This document shows, piece after piece, positions 61,681 through 64,000 of a stretch of 64,000 nt of DNA. The notes under the pieces are model-generated. The model ran no database searches. It was not told the DNA's origin and worked only from the letters and a program-made list of their open reading frames with translations. The DNA comes from Owenia fusiformis (taxonomy: Eukaryota). The position numbers and the translations under genes are program-made. The stretch is taken from positions 48,174,001 through 48,238,000 of the forward strand of contig CAIIXF020000001.1 of the NCBI GenBank assembly GCA_903813345.2, in the 5' to 3' direction. Numbering within the stretch: the stretch's first letter is position 1; the number at the start of each line of letters is the position of its first letter.

Positions 61681-61915
61681 CAGGGCTTCCCAAAATAATT
61701 GTACTGAAATGAGACGAGAATAACTATTTTTTCGCTTAAGTTGAATTTTTGATGAAGAACTAAGTGCAATTTCAAATATTGAAAAATAGGTAGTTTGTCT
61801 GTCAAATGACCAAATTCCAATAATATTTCTTCATCACTCCATGGACATTCAATTGAAAGCCCATGAACACTCACAGTTATTCCGTGTCTTGGTTCAATTC
61901 TTTTTGGACACCCTG
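61681..61915. mobile_element. Tc1/mariner-like MITE
   Basis: TA|CAGGGCTTCCCAAAATAATTG...CAATTCTTTTTGGACACCCTG|TA. Confidence 0.65.
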
Positions 61916-62348
61916 TATGTATGAGTTTCATTATTCTCAAGATTTGGTATTAAGGAAGCCATGAGACACAAGTGCCATAATCTATTCTCACCTTTTTCCT
62001 TTGGGAAGGATGGAATATACTTGATGTGGCTCCTTAACTTTGGTACCTTAAACAACCAACCCAAAAAGTCAGGGGATATCTGGTTAAAACTGTATAAATG
62101 TTATATGTGCTGTATTGTATACTTTGAAGCAGTCAGAAGATTCCATATCTGTCATCACTGCGGGTCAGTGTGTTTTTACAAGTTTTGGATTAATTCATGA
62201 TTTCAACGTATGCCATTTAAATGATATAACTGAAACATTCATCTTAGCCTTCTTTTGTTATTCAAGTTATAAGGCAAACATGTTGTTCAATAAATCTTGC
62301 CATATGTGCATATGTAAAATAGACATCATGGATGCTCAATAAACCAGA

Positions 62349-62774
62349 TTATCCTATGCCAAGTAGAGTTTTAGGGAGATAAGTTGGAAAGATATATCCC
62401 GTATCCTGATTTTGAGGTTTCCATATCCAGAACCTCCATATCTCCCGCCATATCTCCCGCTTCTGTGCATATCTTCCCGCTTCGGTGCATGTCTTCCCGC
62501 TTCCGGTAAGTAGTGGAAATGCAATAAAATGACTTTGCATATGAATGATTTGTTTATTTTTACACCTTGTACTATTGAAATGGTCATATGCCCCTGAAAA
62601 CTCTACTTGGTATAGGATAAAGCAGTTATGTACGGTCGGTTTGGATTTGGGGTTCCTCCCTCGTGAGATATGCACATCTACCTTCGGTCCCTACGGTCCC
62701 TCAGGTAGATATGCATATCTCCCTCTGGATAAACCCCATATCCAAAACCTCCCAGTACATAACCCTTATGTATC
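62349..62774 (+). mobile_element. Second copy of the 25803-26248 hairpin element
   Basis: Near-identical sequence to 25803-26248. Confidence 0.85.
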
Positions 62775-64000
62775 AAGGTACCAAAGAGTTCCAACCATCT
62801 TGGATCTATCCATGTACGAGTAGGGCTTTCAAGAGATATCAAGATGTTACAATACAATTGTTTTTGCAATACATTTAAGACTAAAATTTCTCCTGACTAA
62901 TTGTAAATGGTATTTCATCAAATTAAAGTAGGGATGCTGGATATATGCTGTCAAAATAATAAACCAAATTAACAGTTTATGTGATGCACAAATCATTTTT
63001 TTGTTTTTGTTAGTGATATATTTATACAGTAGGCTGTTGCCTTTTAGAAATAATAAATCATTCCAGAACAAACAAAAGCCACATTGTCATTGTTCTTCTT
63101 ATGCTCCAGTTGGAAATAAAATAAGCTGCAACAGTGTAACATATCGAGTCCCATGATATTTTTTGAAGTACTCTGACCTCTAAATAAAGTATAGTATACT
63201 AACATGTATATTTCATAAATAAATTTATTTCACTTGTCTTTGGCCCTTAGACAGTTTGGTTTACTCAGCTGCAGCAGGTTTATGGCCACAAGAGCTACTA
63301 CAGAAAACTTTGAACTTGAATCACCATACCTGTGTTATAGAATAGTCCAACAATGACTTGGAGTCAGGCAATTTCAGATCCTTCAAAAAATGGTCAGAGA
63401 CCTACAAGCCTACAGAACTTGAAGAGCAAGGAATTACCCATTGCTTTGGATTGAAATGAAAATACAGTACTGTACTTAAACAGTACTGTAATTTATATCC
63501 TTTGCTAAATATTCATCTTTTCACCAATATGAAGAAAATTGAGTTTAAGGAAGTAATGGACTTCACCATAATCCTACCAAACATTCTTAATTGGGATAAT
63601 AAGGCATGTTTTCATATACACATAAAATATATGGATAGATTTTCGTGAGACTGTACTTATTTTCTCCTGTTTCTGAGGAGTGAGACATAATTTTATCTAA
63701 TACCTATATTTAATACAACAACAAAACTTAATGAATTAATTTTATAATTTTATTCCTGCATTCACTTAACTATACAGAGCACAGTCCTGAAATAATCTCA
63801 CAGCCTTCCTGTCATGTAATTGTAACTGGCACAGTATATGATGGCACAGGAAATCATACAATCAGTATGGAAAATATCTACATTATCCATACTCTTACAA
63901 TAATACACCTGTATATCTGTGCAAACAAAAAACTTAAATCTGAACTGAATACACATTCCATATTTAATAGAAAGTAGAAATAAAAGTGAGTGATTTACAA

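Overview
AT-rich animal genomic DNA with spliceosomal introns and many MITE/Helentron-type repeats. The repeat types suggest a lophotrochozoan, probably a mollusc (inference). Recognisable genes: a spliced SAP-SWIM-YqaJ exonuclease at the end of a probable ISL2EU-type DNA transposon (606-2557, -); a two-TM APD1-4-like membrane protein with a Cys repeat and PSAP/PPxY tail (12300-13745, +); a lengsin/GSI-like glutamine synthetase homologue (45344-46699, +); and a PAQR/membrane progestin receptor-like gene (57888-59679, +). The main observation is a tandem cluster of three paralogous three-exon genes on the minus strand (about 25.1-27.6, 30.5-33.8 and 39.9-41.2 kb), which I rebuilt from splice sites. 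Their helix pattern, phase-0 intron positions and 105-nt middle exon resemble long-chain four-helix cytokines of the CNTF/IL-6/G-CSF class. Two of the three appear to lack a signal peptide, as CNTF does. This assignment comes from manual pattern recognition and needs structure prediction or a profile search. The rest is mostly TEs: a 2.7-kb foldback element with a pentanucleotide satellite core, HINEs with internal tandem arrays, a 5'-truncated LINE, a tRNA-containing solo-LTR-like unit, and Tc1/hAT/Sola/Kolobok-like MITEs.
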